Shown one piece after another: positions 7,894 to 16,057 of a stretch of DNA of 29,977 bases (positions are counted from its first letter, which is position 1; every line of letters begins with the position of its first letter). Origin of the DNA: a virus (taxonomy: Duplodnaviria; Caudoviricetes); the IMG/VR virus record IMGVR_UViG_3300027874_000251, positions 1 through 29,977 of that record, one strand, 5' to 3'. Both the position numbers and the translations under genes were made by a program. The notes beneath the pieces are model-generated. The model was not told where the DNA came from. It saw only the letters and a program-made list of their open reading frames with translations, and searched no databases.

Positions 7894-8196
7894 ATGGGGG
7901 AAAAAGTGCCACCGACGGAGGTTCGGCGCTGGACGCCGAGCCGCAAAGAGGCGGTTTTGCGCGCGATCGCGCGCGGCGAGATTACGATCGAGGGCGCCAT
8001 TGAGCGCTGGGTGCTGAGTCCGGAGGAGATCGCGGCGTGGCAGCGCGATTATGCGCTCGCCGGTCGCGCCGGCTTGCGTGTGCGCTATCGGCTGCGAATC
8101 CGTGGCGGAGGAAAGCGCGGTCGCGGCGGTTCTCACGACCTGGGCTCCGGCCGGTATAGCTCGTCGAGCGTAACGCCGGTGATTCTCGCGAAATGA
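7894..8196 (+). CDS. sciP: SciP (DUF1153) family CtrA-inhibitor homolog
   Basis: VPPTEVRRWTPSRKEAVLRAIARGEITIEGAIERWVLSPEEIAAWQRDYALAGRAGLR aligns without gaps to the SciP consensus LPP..T.RW..RRKA.VV.AV.GG..S..EA..RY.L..EEF..WQ.....HG..GLR. Confidence 0.8.
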   Translation: MGEKVPPTEVRRWTPSRKEAVLRAIARGEITIEGAIERWVLSPEEIAAWQRDYALAGRAGLRVRYRLRIRGGGKRGRGGSHDLGSGRYSSSSVTPVILAK

Positions 8197-8396
8197 CGGA
8201 CCAGGCGGTGCGGCAGCAAGACTCGCGTCTCATAGGCCTCGTAGTTTTTCGGACTTACGCCAAGCGCCTCGGCCATCGCGCGTTGCGTCAGGCCGCTCGC
8301 GATGCGGCGTTCGCGGACGCGCTCGATAAAGGCGCGTGCGAAGGCCGTCGGGTCGGGCGCGCAACCGCCGTCGGGTGAGCCGCAATGAGCGAGCAT
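8133..8396 (-). CDS. Cro-like XRE HTH regulator
   Basis: RVRERRIASGLTQRAMAEALGVSPKNYEAYE; ATG at 8396; first gene of the minus-strand operon, with an operator directly upstream. Confidence 0.85.
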   Translation of the reverse strand: MLAHCGSPDGGCAPDPTAFARAFIERVRERRIASGLTQRAMAEALGVSPKNYEAYETRVLLPHRLVRHFARITGVTLDELYRPEPRS

Positions 8397-8404
8397 AGGA
8401 TTAA

Positions 8405-8427
8405 CGTTCCTAAAAATATTAGGAACG
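8405..8427. promoter_or_regulatory. Operator OR-like palindrome
   Basis: CGTTCCTAA-AAATA-TTAGGAACG (perfect 9-bp arms) between the divergent XRE genes. Confidence 0.85.
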
Positions 8428-8486
8428 GTCAAGCCCCCGATTACGCGTGGGATGAAAGCGGCGACGCGGCGGCGACAATCCTATGG

Positions 8487-8831
8487 ATGGAATCGCCTAG
8501 CGAGTTCAAAGCCGGGTTTGTCGCGCGAGTGCGGCGGGCGCGCAAAGCGACCGGCTGGAACCAGCGCGAAATGGCCGAGGTCCTGGGGATCCCGCTGAAG
8601 AACTATGAGGCCTACGAGAGTCGCGTGCTGCTGCCGCACCACCTAATCTGGCAATTTACGCGCGCCGCGCGGATTCCGCTCGAATACCTCTACACCGGCC
8701 GTCTGCCGCCGGAATTTGTCCGTAGCGCTCCTGAGCGAGCGGCGCGCCTCGTCGATCAGCGCCGTCGGCGCCCGGCCGGGACGACAAGACGGCGCCCTAC
8801 GGAAATTCGGAAAACCGCGGCTAATTCCTAA
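8487..8831 (+). CDS. CI-like XRE repressor without an S24 peptidase domain
   Basis: RVRRARKATGWNQREMAEVLGIPLKNYEAYE; divergent from Cro and flanked by operators; ATG at 8487 with no clear RBS. Confidence 0.8.
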   Translation: MESPSEFKAGFVARVRRARKATGWNQREMAEVLGIPLKNYEAYESRVLLPHHLIWQFTRAARIPLEYLYTGRLPPEFVRSAPERAARLVDQRRRRPAGTTRRRPTEIRKTAANS

Positions 8832-8872
8832 AAAATTTAGGAGTTGAATTCCTAAAAATCTTAGGATAGCGT
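8826..8872 (+). promoter_or_regulatory. Two OL-like operators overlapping a sigma70-type promoter
   Basis: TCCTAA-AAAAT-TTAGGA (8826-8842) and TCCTAA-AAATC-TTAGGA (8850-8866); TTGAAT (8844-8849)-N17-TAGCGT (8867-8872). Confidence 0.8.
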
Positions 8873-8903
8873 CGTCTCCGCAACATGGTTAAGGGGGCGG
8901 ACT

Positions 8904-9161
8904 ATGCTGCGCAACGGCGCGAACGCGTTTGTTTTTGTGTGGGTGATCGAGGAGATCACCCAGCGTCTCAATAAACTCAGCGAAGAATTTTTGAGCCCCG
9001 AGCGGGCGCTGGCGCGGTTGCGCCAAGACCTCGAACTCTTGGGGCTCGATCGGCTCGACCGCGATTTGTGGCTCGACGGCGCGGCGATCTGTATTGCCGC
9101 TTTGATAGCCTCGGACCGCAAACGGCGGCGCGAGGAGCGCGTTTGGGAGACGGCGGCATGA
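8904..9161 (+). CDS. Hypothetical early protein
   Basis: First ORF after the promoter; AAGGGGG RBS; ATGA-coupled to the next gene. Confidence 0.65.
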   Translation: MLRNGANAFVFVWVIEEITQRLNKLSEEFLSPERALARLRQDLELLGLDRLDRDLWLDGAAICIAALIASDRKRRREERVWETAA

Positions 9162-9535
9162 TCCGTTGCGCTTGCGCCGCCGGCGATTTGCTCCGCGGCC
9201 GCATTGATGTTTCCGCCGAAATCGCGCGCGAGCAGGCGCTTTTTGAATACGCGCTCGGTCGGACGCCGGAAGAGGTTCTGATCTCACTCGGCGCGCGGCC
9301 CGATCCGTTTGAGCCGCCGTCATGGGACGACGCGGCTATCGTGATCGCTGACCGCTGGATCGAGGCTTGTGCGGCCAAAGTTCGAACGCCGGGGGAAACA
9401 CCGATATGCGAAGCAGGGCGCGCAGCCGCGCCGCGGCGGTCTGTCGTCATGAGCCCTACCGAACGCGACGCCCGGGTCCGCGCCGCCGACGCGCGGATCG
9501 ACGCCGCGGCGCAAGCTTGGGCGAGGGCGGTATGA
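9158..9535 (+). CDS. Hypothetical protein
   Basis: ATGA overlaps at both ends. Confidence 0.6.
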   Translation: MIRCACAAGDLLRGRIDVSAEIAREQALFEYALGRTPEEVLISLGARPDPFEPPSWDDAAIVIADRWIEACAAKVRTPGETPICEAGRAAAPRRSVVMSPTERDARVRAADARIDAAAQAWARAV

Positions 9536-9813
9536 CCGACGCGCTCGCAAAATTGCATTGGGCCTCGATTTGGCCGGGCGAGCCGGCGTCGAATGACGAG
9601 CCGGGGCTCAAGGCCCTCGCCAAGCGCTTGCGCAAAAGCGGAATCGAGACGCCGCTCGACGTCCGGCCGCGGCCGGAAGGCGATTGGCAAACAATCGGCG
9701 TCGACGACGCGAGAACTTATCGCGCTGCGGTTCATCTCGTTATCACCGAGCAGTGGGCCGACGATATCGAGCTGCCGTGCCGCGTCGTCTTGCCGACGCC
9801 GAGCCGGGATTGA
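9532..9813 (+). CDS. Hypothetical protein
   Basis: ATG at 9532 overlaps the upstream stop (MTDALAKLHWASIWPG...). Confidence 0.6.
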   Translation: MTDALAKLHWASIWPGEPASNDEPGLKALAKRLRKSGIETPLDVRPRPEGDWQTIGVDDARTYRAAVHLVITEQWADDIELPCRVVLPTPSRD

Positions 9814-9826
9814 GGAGGAGGGGGAA

Positions 9827-10267
9827 ATGTATAGCGCCGGCGATCTGAACATCGAACTCAACGCCAAATTCGCCGACGACGAAGAGATCATCGATATCGA
9901 TGCGGTGATCGAGTCGGTGATCGAGCGCAACCGCGAGGATGAGGAATTCATCGGCTATTGGTTGCGCCGCGCGCTCGATCACGAGGCGCGCAAAAAACAG
10001 CGCGAGTTCAAAGTTAGCGCCGAGCGCGAGGAGCCGCGGCAACTCGCATTGCCGTTGCAGGGGTATCGCTATATTCAGCGCCGCTATTCCTGCGAACGCG
10101 GTGGCCGGCGGCTCAGTATCCCGATCCTCAAAATGACGCGCGCCGAATGCTGGGCGCACCGCACGGCGGTACACAAAAACGCGCTCGGCAACGCGGCGCA
10201 CCGCGACGAATGGGACCGTTTTATCGCCGAGAATTTCGCCGCGCCGCAATACGAGGCCGCCGAGTAA
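9827..10267 (+). CDS. Phage hypothetical protein
   Basis: Strong GAGGAGG RBS; MYSAGDLNIEL... Confidence 0.75.
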   Translation: MYSAGDLNIELNAKFADDEEIIDIDAVIESVIERNREDEEFIGYWLRRALDHEARKKQREFKVSAEREEPRQLALPLQGYRYIQRRYSCERGGRRLSIPILKMTRAECWAHRTAVHKNALGNAAHRDEWDRFIAENFAAPQYEAAE

Positions 10268-10286
10268 TGGCGACGAACCGTAGCAA

Positions 10287-11282
10287 ATGGCCGGATTGAT
10301 GGCCCCAACAAAGCTACCGCAATTGCGGGGCGCGGCGAGCCGAACCGGTTGGCAGTTGCCGCCAAACCTAACGTTTCAAGAATGGCTCGCTGCCGGTGCC
10401 GCCCTCGGCGAAATGGAACGCGCCGTCGGCTGGTGGATCGGTGACTGGTGGGTTTACGGCGAGCAGAAATACGGCGAACGCGTCGCCGCTGTCCGGTCCG
10501 AGACCTGGGCCGGTCCGAACTTCGAAACGTGCATGACCTATGGTTCGGTCGTTCGAAAATTTCCTACCTCGATTCGAATCGAGGGTGTGAGCTTCGCGCA
10601 CCATCGTCTCGTCGTTCGTCTCGACGATAAAGAGGCTCGGGCGCTTCTCAAAGACGCTGCGCGCAATGATTGGTCAATTCAGCAGCTCCGGACAAAGGTA
10701 AAGCAACGCCGCCGGACTGAGCGCGAGATGGAGCTCGGAACCGAGATCCGGCAATTCGACGCCGATCGCTACGGCGTCATTTACGCCGATCCGCCTTGGC
10801 GGTTTGAGCCGTATTCGCGCGAAACCGGCATGGACCGCGCGGCGGACAACCACTACCCGACAATGACGGTCGGCAAATTGCAGGATCTCGTAGTACCGGC
10901 CGCGCGCGATTGCGTCCTGTTCCTGTGGGTCACAGTGCCGATGCTGCGCTACGGGCACGAGGTCATGGATGCCTGGGGCTTCGACTACCGTAGTCACTGC
11001 ATCTGGCGCAAAGATCGGCCCGGCACCGGCTTCTGGTTTATCAACGAGCATGAGCCGCTGCTCGTCGGGGTTAAGGGTGACATTCCGGCGCCGGCCCCGG
11101 GGACGCAATTTCGCTCGGTACTCGACGCGCCCGTCGGTCGGCACAGCGAAAAGCCGGCGGTCTTTGCCGAGATGATCGAGACGCTCTTTCCGCATTTGCC
11201 GCGCGTCGAAATGTTCGCCCGCGGGCGCGCCCGACCGGGGTGGGCTGTTTGGGGCAACGAAGCGGAAGAGGCGGCCGAATGA
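10287..11282 (+). CDS. MT-A70 family adenine methyltransferase with LmbU-like N-terminal domain
   Basis: YGVIYADPPW, HYPTM, LFLWVT, AWGFDY, HSEKP and RVEMFAR motifs; N-terminal LP.NLTFQEW..AG...WWIGDWWVYGE.KYG. Confidence 0.9.
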   Translation: MAGLMAPTKLPQLRGAASRTGWQLPPNLTFQEWLAAGAALGEMERAVGWWIGDWWVYGEQKYGERVAAVRSETWAGPNFETCMTYGSVVRKFPTSIRIEGVSFAHHRLVVRLDDKEARALLKDAARNDWSIQQLRTKVKQRRRTEREMELGTEIRQFDADRYGVIYADPPWRFEPYSRETGMDRAADNHYPTMTVGKLQDLVVPAARDCVLFLWVTVPMLRYGHEVMDAWGFDYRSHCIWRKDRPGTGFWFINEHEPLLVGVKGDIPAPAPGTQFRSVLDAPVGRHSEKPAVFAEMIETLFPHLPRVEMFARGRARPGWAVWGNEAEEAAE

Positions 11283-11557
11283 CTAAGCCGCGGTATTGGC
11301 AAAACTTATGCGGCCATTGGGTGCTCAATAGCCATTTTGCGACGGAGAGGGGCGAGCTTCCCGTCTACAAGGATCAAGACGGTATCTGGCGGTCAGACGT
11401 CGCGATTTGTGTTTGGCGTGTTCTCTTCCGTACCGACGAACCCGAGATCGTAATTACTGGCGGCGAAGACGACAACAACCGGCCGTTTCTACCGGATCCC
11501 GGCGAAATCGAGCGGCTCGGAATCCCGATCGATGTCGACGATTTCCCCGATGTTTGA
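11279..11557 (+). CDS. Hypothetical protein
   Basis: ATGA-coupled to the methylase; overlaps the nuclease start. Confidence 0.6.
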   Translation: MTKPRYWQNLCGHWVLNSHFATERGELPVYKDQDGIWRSDVAICVWRVLFRTDEPEIVITGGEDDNNRPFLPDPGEIERLGIPIDVDDFPDV

Positions 11558-12368
11558 GCATCTCGCCCCCGTTTATTGCGAGGTCGACAAGACGATCGCG
11601 GGATTGGCGCGCGCGAAGTTCCGTTTCGATCCGGTGCTTAGCGCGAAGCGCTCGCGGGAAACGAGCATCGCTTCTTCGGCGATCAAGCGGCACGGCGCGA
11701 TTATGGAATTGGCGCTGCGCTATAGCCTCGCGAATTCGCCTGCGTATCAGGTCTGGCGCGAGCCCGCCTTTCTTGTCAGCCAAGCGGCCGACCACCTCGC
11801 GACCGATCAGCATTCCCAAGATGCGGCTCTTGTCGCTGAGATGCCTTACGCTACCGGATTATTCGATCAGGCCCGCAAGGTGCAAATCGACCTGCTCGCC
11901 TATGACCGCCGCAGGTCGTTCCTCGGCGCTTACGAGCTCAAACGCGGCAGTAGCTATCATGACGCCGGCAAGATCCGGCAAATAAAACGCGATCTCTGCG
12001 CGACGTCAGTTCTGTTGCGTAGCTATGGGAAGCGGCGCGGTCTAAAGGTCGATGGTGCTGCGGCGCGGGCAATTTTCTATTACGGCGAGCGCCGAATAGG
12101 TCCGCCGTGGGGAATGACCGCAGCGACACTCGACGATCATTTTGATTGGCCGGTGTGTCGCGATATCGACGAAGCGACCCGCTATTTCCGCGCCAAGCTC
12201 GACGCGCTTTTGGAGCGCGCCGAGGCCCCGGGAACGAACAACCAACTTCGCCTCTCATTCGAACGCGACATTTCGCTCGATGACTGTTTCGGCTGGTGCG
12301 TTGAGCAGCATGAGCTCGCAGAGTTGGTCGACGACTCGGCCGACGACGAGCGGTCTCGCTCACGATGA
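11550..12368 (+). CDS. PD-(D/E)xK-fold nuclease (restriction endonuclease-like)
   Basis: HGAIMELAL...VQIDLLAYD...GAYELKRG...HDAGK gives the E...D...ExK catalytic arrangement. Confidence 0.6.
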   Translation: MFEHLAPVYCEVDKTIAGLARAKFRFDPVLSAKRSRETSIASSAIKRHGAIMELALRYSLANSPAYQVWREPAFLVSQAADHLATDQHSQDAALVAEMPYATGLFDQARKVQIDLLAYDRRRSFLGAYELKRGSSYHDAGKIRQIKRDLCATSVLLRSYGKRRGLKVDGAAARAIFYYGERRIGPPWGMTAATLDDHFDWPVCRDIDEATRYFRAKLDALLERAEAPGTNNQLRLSFERDISLDDCFGWCVEQHELAELVDDSADDERSRSR

Positions 12369-12386
12369 AATGGCCGGATTAGCGCA

Positions 12387-13226
12387 ATGGCGACGACGTT
12401 TGAGGAACTAGCGGCAGTCTTGATTCGCGAACTAAGGGTCCCGAGCGAGCCGATGAGCGAAGCCGGTGCCGCCGAACATGCGGAATGGATGAAGGATCAC
12501 GCGCGCGAGCTGTGGGGAGCCGCTCAATCGTATTTGACACGAGAGGGACTCGCCCGCGCGAAGGAGCAAGGCGTTAGGCTCGGCAGTCCGCATTTACAGC
12601 CCGGCGACAGCAAAGCCACCAGGTCAGCGAGGCAGGCGCGCTCGGCGCGCGCGGATCGATACGCAGTGCGCGTACGCCCCGATATCGAGGCCGTGATCGC
12701 CGCTGGCGCGCAAACGCTTGGCGAGATCGCGCGCGCACTAACTGAACGCGGCGTCGGCACACCAGCCGGATGCCGACAATGGAACAGGGGTCAAGTTCGG
12801 CGGGTAATTGCGCGCGCGATCGATATTCAGAACCGCGGCGGTCCTCATCGTACGGCGGCATCCGAGGAACGGAGTCCTGCCGCGCTGGCGAGCGCGACAA
12901 CGCGTCTACAGGCCGCGAAGGCTTACCCCATAATCGTACAAGCGATTGAGGCTCGCTGCATGGTGCCTGGGGAAATCGTCGGCGCATTGGCTTTTGCGGG
13001 TATCGAGCCGCTCACGGGGTCCCGCTGGACAGGCGCTCAAGTTACGCGCGCAATGGGCTTAGCGATTTTCCAAGGCCTAAGCTTTCCCGCTAGCCCAGCC
13101 ACGAAATTCGCGTACGAGTGGCTGAAAGATCCCCGTTCGCTGCCCGTCACGCCGCAAGATTTCCATATCCGCCACCGCGAAATCGCAACGCGGATATGGG
13201 AGCGGATGATCGAGAGCGCCGCGTGA
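12387..13226 (+). CDS. Recombinase DNA-binding-domain protein lacking the catalytic resolvase domain
   Basis: TREGLARAKEQGVRLGSPHL...LGEIARALTERGVGTPAG..W followed by a second degenerate copy; no YxRVS motif. Confidence 0.75.
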   Translation: MATTFEELAAVLIRELRVPSEPMSEAGAAEHAEWMKDHARELWGAAQSYLTREGLARAKEQGVRLGSPHLQPGDSKATRSARQARSARADRYAVRVRPDIEAVIAAGAQTLGEIARALTERGVGTPAGCRQWNRGQVRRVIARAIDIQNRGGPHRTAASEERSPAALASATTRLQAAKAYPIIVQAIEARCMVPGEIVGALAFAGIEPLTGSRWTGAQVTRAMGLAIFQGLSFPASPATKFAYEWLKDPRSLPVTPQDFHIRHREIATRIWERMIESAA

Positions 13227-13290
13227 CCGGACCGCATGCGGCGGCGTATCCCGCGGGCTATGCGGCGGCTCTGATGTCGAGACGGCGGTA

Positions 13291-13644
13291 GTGACGGAAG
13301 CCGATCTCTTCGCCTGGGCCGATAATCGCGTGGCGCGCGAGGCCGGTATGGCCGCCGCGGCGACGGCGGCTGGCGAGGCCTGGCGCGAGGCGGCGCTCGC
13401 GGCGATCCGTAGGATCGCGCGGCGGCAGCGGGAGGTTTTCGTCGATGACGTCCGCGCAATCTTTCGCGAGCCGCCGCCGAACGGCGACGAGCGCGCGTGG
13501 GGGCAAGTATGGCGCAATGCTATCCGGGCGGGAATTATCGAGCCGAGTGGCAAGCACCGCGACTCGGCGCGCGCAAAAGAGTTGGGCTTCGCGACCCGGC
13601 CTTATCCGATCTATCGCTCTTTGATTTTCGGAGCGTCACAATGA
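13291..13644 (+). CDS. Phage hypothetical protein
   Basis: ...RAWGQVW..A.RAGII... pattern typical of small phage wHTH-like proteins. Confidence 0.7.
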   Translation: MTEADLFAWADNRVAREAGMAAAATAAGEAWREAALAAIRRIARRQREVFVDDVRAIFREPPPNGDERAWGQVWRNAIRAGIIEPSGKHRDSARAKELGFATRPYPIYRSLIFGASQ

Positions 13645-13910
13645 CGAGGCCGCGAATGGCTGACGCGGACGAGGCGGCATATCGCGGATATGCGGCGAGC
13701 GTCGAAATGATGCTGGGATGGTTCGCGTGCCCGGCGATGCTGCGGCTGCTCGCCGACAACCACCAATGGCTCGCGATCTACTACGCGCGGGACGCGGGCG
13801 ATTGGGGGCTCGCGGCGCGCTATCGCAAGGCGGCGGGGGCGCTGCGGGCACGGGCCGATGCGCTCGAGGAGGCGAACCGGCGACCGGCGATAACGGGAGG
13901 CCACGCATGA
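13641..13910 (+). CDS. Hypothetical protein
   Basis: ATGA coupling; GGAG RBS. Confidence 0.6.
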   Translation: MTRPRMADADEAAYRGYAASVEMMLGWFACPAMLRLLADNHQWLAIYYARDAGDWGLAARYRKAAGALRARADALEEANRRPAITGGHA

Positions 13911-14050
13911 GGGTGAATGCGTCCGAGTTTGGCTATCGCGCGGTTACCGGCACGCTAATCGTTATCGGGTTCGTGCTGTGCGCGATGATCACCTGGATAG
14001 TCGCCAAGGGCATCGCGTGGTTCGTCATGGCGGTATGGGGTGCGCTCTGA
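13907..14050 (+). CDS. Small membrane protein
   Basis: GGAGG RBS; long hydrophobic stretch. Confidence 0.6.
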   Translation: MRVNASEFGYRAVTGTLIVIGFVLCAMITWIVAKGIAWFVMAVWGAL

Positions 14051-14340
14051 TGCGCTGTGAGACCTGTGGTGGCCGCGGCGTTCTATGGCCCGCGGCGGTA
14101 ACCGGTTGCAACCGGCTACGACCGGTTACCGCCGCAGGTCAGGTTGCGCCTTGCCGCGATTGCATTGGCGGGATCGCGTCGTGTTGCGATACGGCGGGAT
14201 CGGTCGCCCCAGAACTTCGACCGCCAGACTGCGGCGAAGAGGACCCCGGGCCCCCAGACCCCCGGGCGTCCTTCCCCCATGAGAACTTGGCGGCCGGCGG
14301 CGCGATCCGGCCGCCGCTTCTTTGGGGATCGATCGCCTGA
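14050..14340 (+). CDS. Cys-rich Zn-finger-like protein
   Basis: CETCGGRG...PCRDCIGGIASCCD; TGATG coupling. Confidence 0.55.
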   Translation: MRCETCGGRGVLWPAAVTGCNRLRPVTAAGQVAPCRDCIGGIASCCDTAGSVAPELRPPDCGEEDPGPPDPRASFPHENLAAGGAIRPPLLWGSIA

Positions 14341-14567
14341 TGCGTGAGGGCTGGTTCGCGCGCGTTCAAGAGACCGGCAAGGGCTGGCAAGCGTGGCTCG
14401 TGCTTTACGACGTCGAGCGCGAGGTCGAACTCGATCAGTACGCGGTCGGGTCGCCGCTGCGGAACAAGTACCAAGCGCAACGGCGCGCGCTGACGGCGCT
14501 CAATACCGCGAACGCGGCGCTCGCTTTTGGCCCGGGCGCTGGCGATGAGGAGGAGGCCGATGGCTGA
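14340..14567 (+). CDS. Hypothetical protein
   Basis: TGATG coupling. Confidence 0.55.
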   Translation: MREGWFARVQETGKGWQAWLVLYDVEREVELDQYAVGSPLRNKYQAQRRALTALNTANAALAFGPGAGDEEEADG

Positions 14568-14904
14568 CAAGCGCGCGCTCGTCAGGATCGAAGAGATCGC
14601 GTTCCGCCTCGATACGCCGATCCGCCTCGTCAAAAAGCGGCTCCGCGAGGCGGGAATCGCGCTGATACGGCCGACGCGCGATGTCGAGTTTATGACCGAG
14701 GAGGATTACGACCGGTTCCTCGAATGCCTACGCGACCGCCCGGAGATGGGCCGCCCGCGGAAGGAGCGGCGCTCGGGGAAAGAGGCGGCGCGCGGCCGGC
14801 CGCGGCCGGTACCGAAGCGGCTAAGCAACGGCGCCGGCGAGCATGTTCTAGGCCGCCCGGGGCGGCGCAAGGTCGTCGCGCTCGAGCTCGAACGCTCCGA
14901 TTAG
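14560..14904 (+). CDS. Excisionase-like HTH protein
   Basis: GAGGAGG RBS; IEEIAFRLDTPIRLVKKRLRE HTH-like segment; basic; directly upstream of the integrase. Confidence 0.6.
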   Translation: MADKRALVRIEEIAFRLDTPIRLVKKRLREAGIALIRPTRDVEFMTEEDYDRFLECLRDRPEMGRPRKERRSGKEAARGRPRPVPKRLSNGAGEHVLGRPGRRKVVALELERSD

Positions 14905-14928
14905 AAACGACACCGGCAACTCCGGCAA

Positions 14929-14994
14929 CCTACGGCCAATGGCCGTAGTGTCGACTTGCGGCCTACGGCCATTGGCCGTAGTCTCTACTTGCGG
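14929..14994. repeat. Two tandem 33-bp repeats, each with a 19-bp palindrome
   Basis: CCTACGGCCAATGGCCGTAGTGTCGACTTGCGG / CCTACGGCCATTGGCCGTAGTCTCTACTTGCGG (3 mismatches). Confidence 0.95.
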
Positions 14995-15019
14995 GGACGG
15001 TAGAGGAGAGTACAGAAAA

Positions 15020-16057
15020 ATGCCGTTTACGCTGTTCGCCCCCGGCACCCGCAAAGCTAACCCGTACTGGATTGCGTTCGTGCATGCCGGCGGCCGCCGC
15101 GTCGAGCGCTCGACGCGCACCGCCAACAAGGCCGAGGCGAAGCGCTTTGCCGAAGCGCTCGAACGCGAACTCTTGAAGGCCGAGCCGCCAAAGCCCGGCG
15201 ACAAGGTGAGTTTTGAGGAAGCGGCGCGGCTCTACGCGGCGTGGCGCGGGATCGATCTCGATTTCCCAAAAGCGCATTACGGCAGCGACCGCACCGAGGC
15301 GGTCGCGATCAATCGGCTGATCCGCCAACTCGGGCACCGCGCGATCGCGGGGATGGCGCAGCTCGATCTCGTCGCCGCCGCGAATAGGCTCTATCCCGGC
15401 CGCGCGCCGGCGACAAAGAACCGCTGGGCGCTGAAATTGGGCGCGCGGATCTTGCACTATGCGGCGCGGCAAAAACTCTGTGGCTGGGAGCGGATCGAGA
15501 AATTCAAAGAAAAGCGGCCGGTAACGCGCGCCGTTTCGGTCGATGTTGCCGCCGCGCTCGTCGCAGCCGCGCCCCAAGGGCCGAAGCGGCTGCTCCTCGT
15601 CTGGCTCTTCCGCCACGGCACGCGCATCTCCGACACGTTGCAGATCGGCTGGGAGGACAATCTCGACCTTGCGCGCATGACTGTACGCCTACGCATCGGC
15701 AAGGGCGACAAATGGAGCGAGAAGCGCCTCCATCCCGAGGTTTTCGAATTGCTCGCTGAGATCCCCGAGGCGGAACGCACTGGCCGGCTCTTCCCGTGGC
15801 GGACGAGGAGCGGCGTCTATCGCTGGCTACGGCCGCTTGCGGGAAGCCTCGGGATCCGCATGACGCCGCATATGGCGCGGCACTCGATCGGCACTTGGCT
15901 CAACCAGGAAGGCGCCGGGTTGCGCACGATCATGGCGGCGCTCGACCATGACGATCCGTCGTCGTCGATCCGCTATCAATTCGCCGATATCGACATTGTC
16001 GCCGCCGCGACGCGGCGCTTTGCGCCGATTACCAAGCGGCGCGCTGGCAATGAGTGA
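15020..16057 (+). CDS. int: Tyrosine integrase
   Basis: Catalytic R (HGTRISD), K (IGKGD), HxxR (PHMARH), H (LDHDD) and Y (SIRY); GAGGAG RBS before ATG 15020. Confidence 0.95.
   Translation: MPFTLFAPGTRKANPYWIAFVHAGGRRVERSTRTANKAEAKRFAEALERELLKAEPPKPGDKVSFEEAARLYAAWRGIDLDFPKAHYGSDRTEAVAINRLIRQLGHRAIAGMAQLDLVAAANRLYPGRAPATKNRWALKLGARILHYAARQKLCGWERIEKFKEKRPVTRAVSVDVAAALVAAAPQGPKRLLLVWLFRHGTRISDTLQIGWEDNLDLARMTVRLRIGKGDKWSEKRLHPEVFELLAEIPEAERTGRLFPWRTRSGVYRWLRPLAGSLGIRMTPHMARHSIGTWLNQEGAGLRTIMAALDHDDPSSSIRYQFADIDIVAAATRRFAPITKRRAGNE

Noticed and set aside
8395-8895. Full CtrA boxes (TTAA-N7-TTAA)
   Set aside because: The AT-rich palindromes are TCCTAA-N5-TTAGGA, not CtrA boxes. By eye I found only one half-site.
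14929-14994. Mini CRISPR array
   Set aside because: The repeats are directly adjacent with no spacer, and no cas genes are present.
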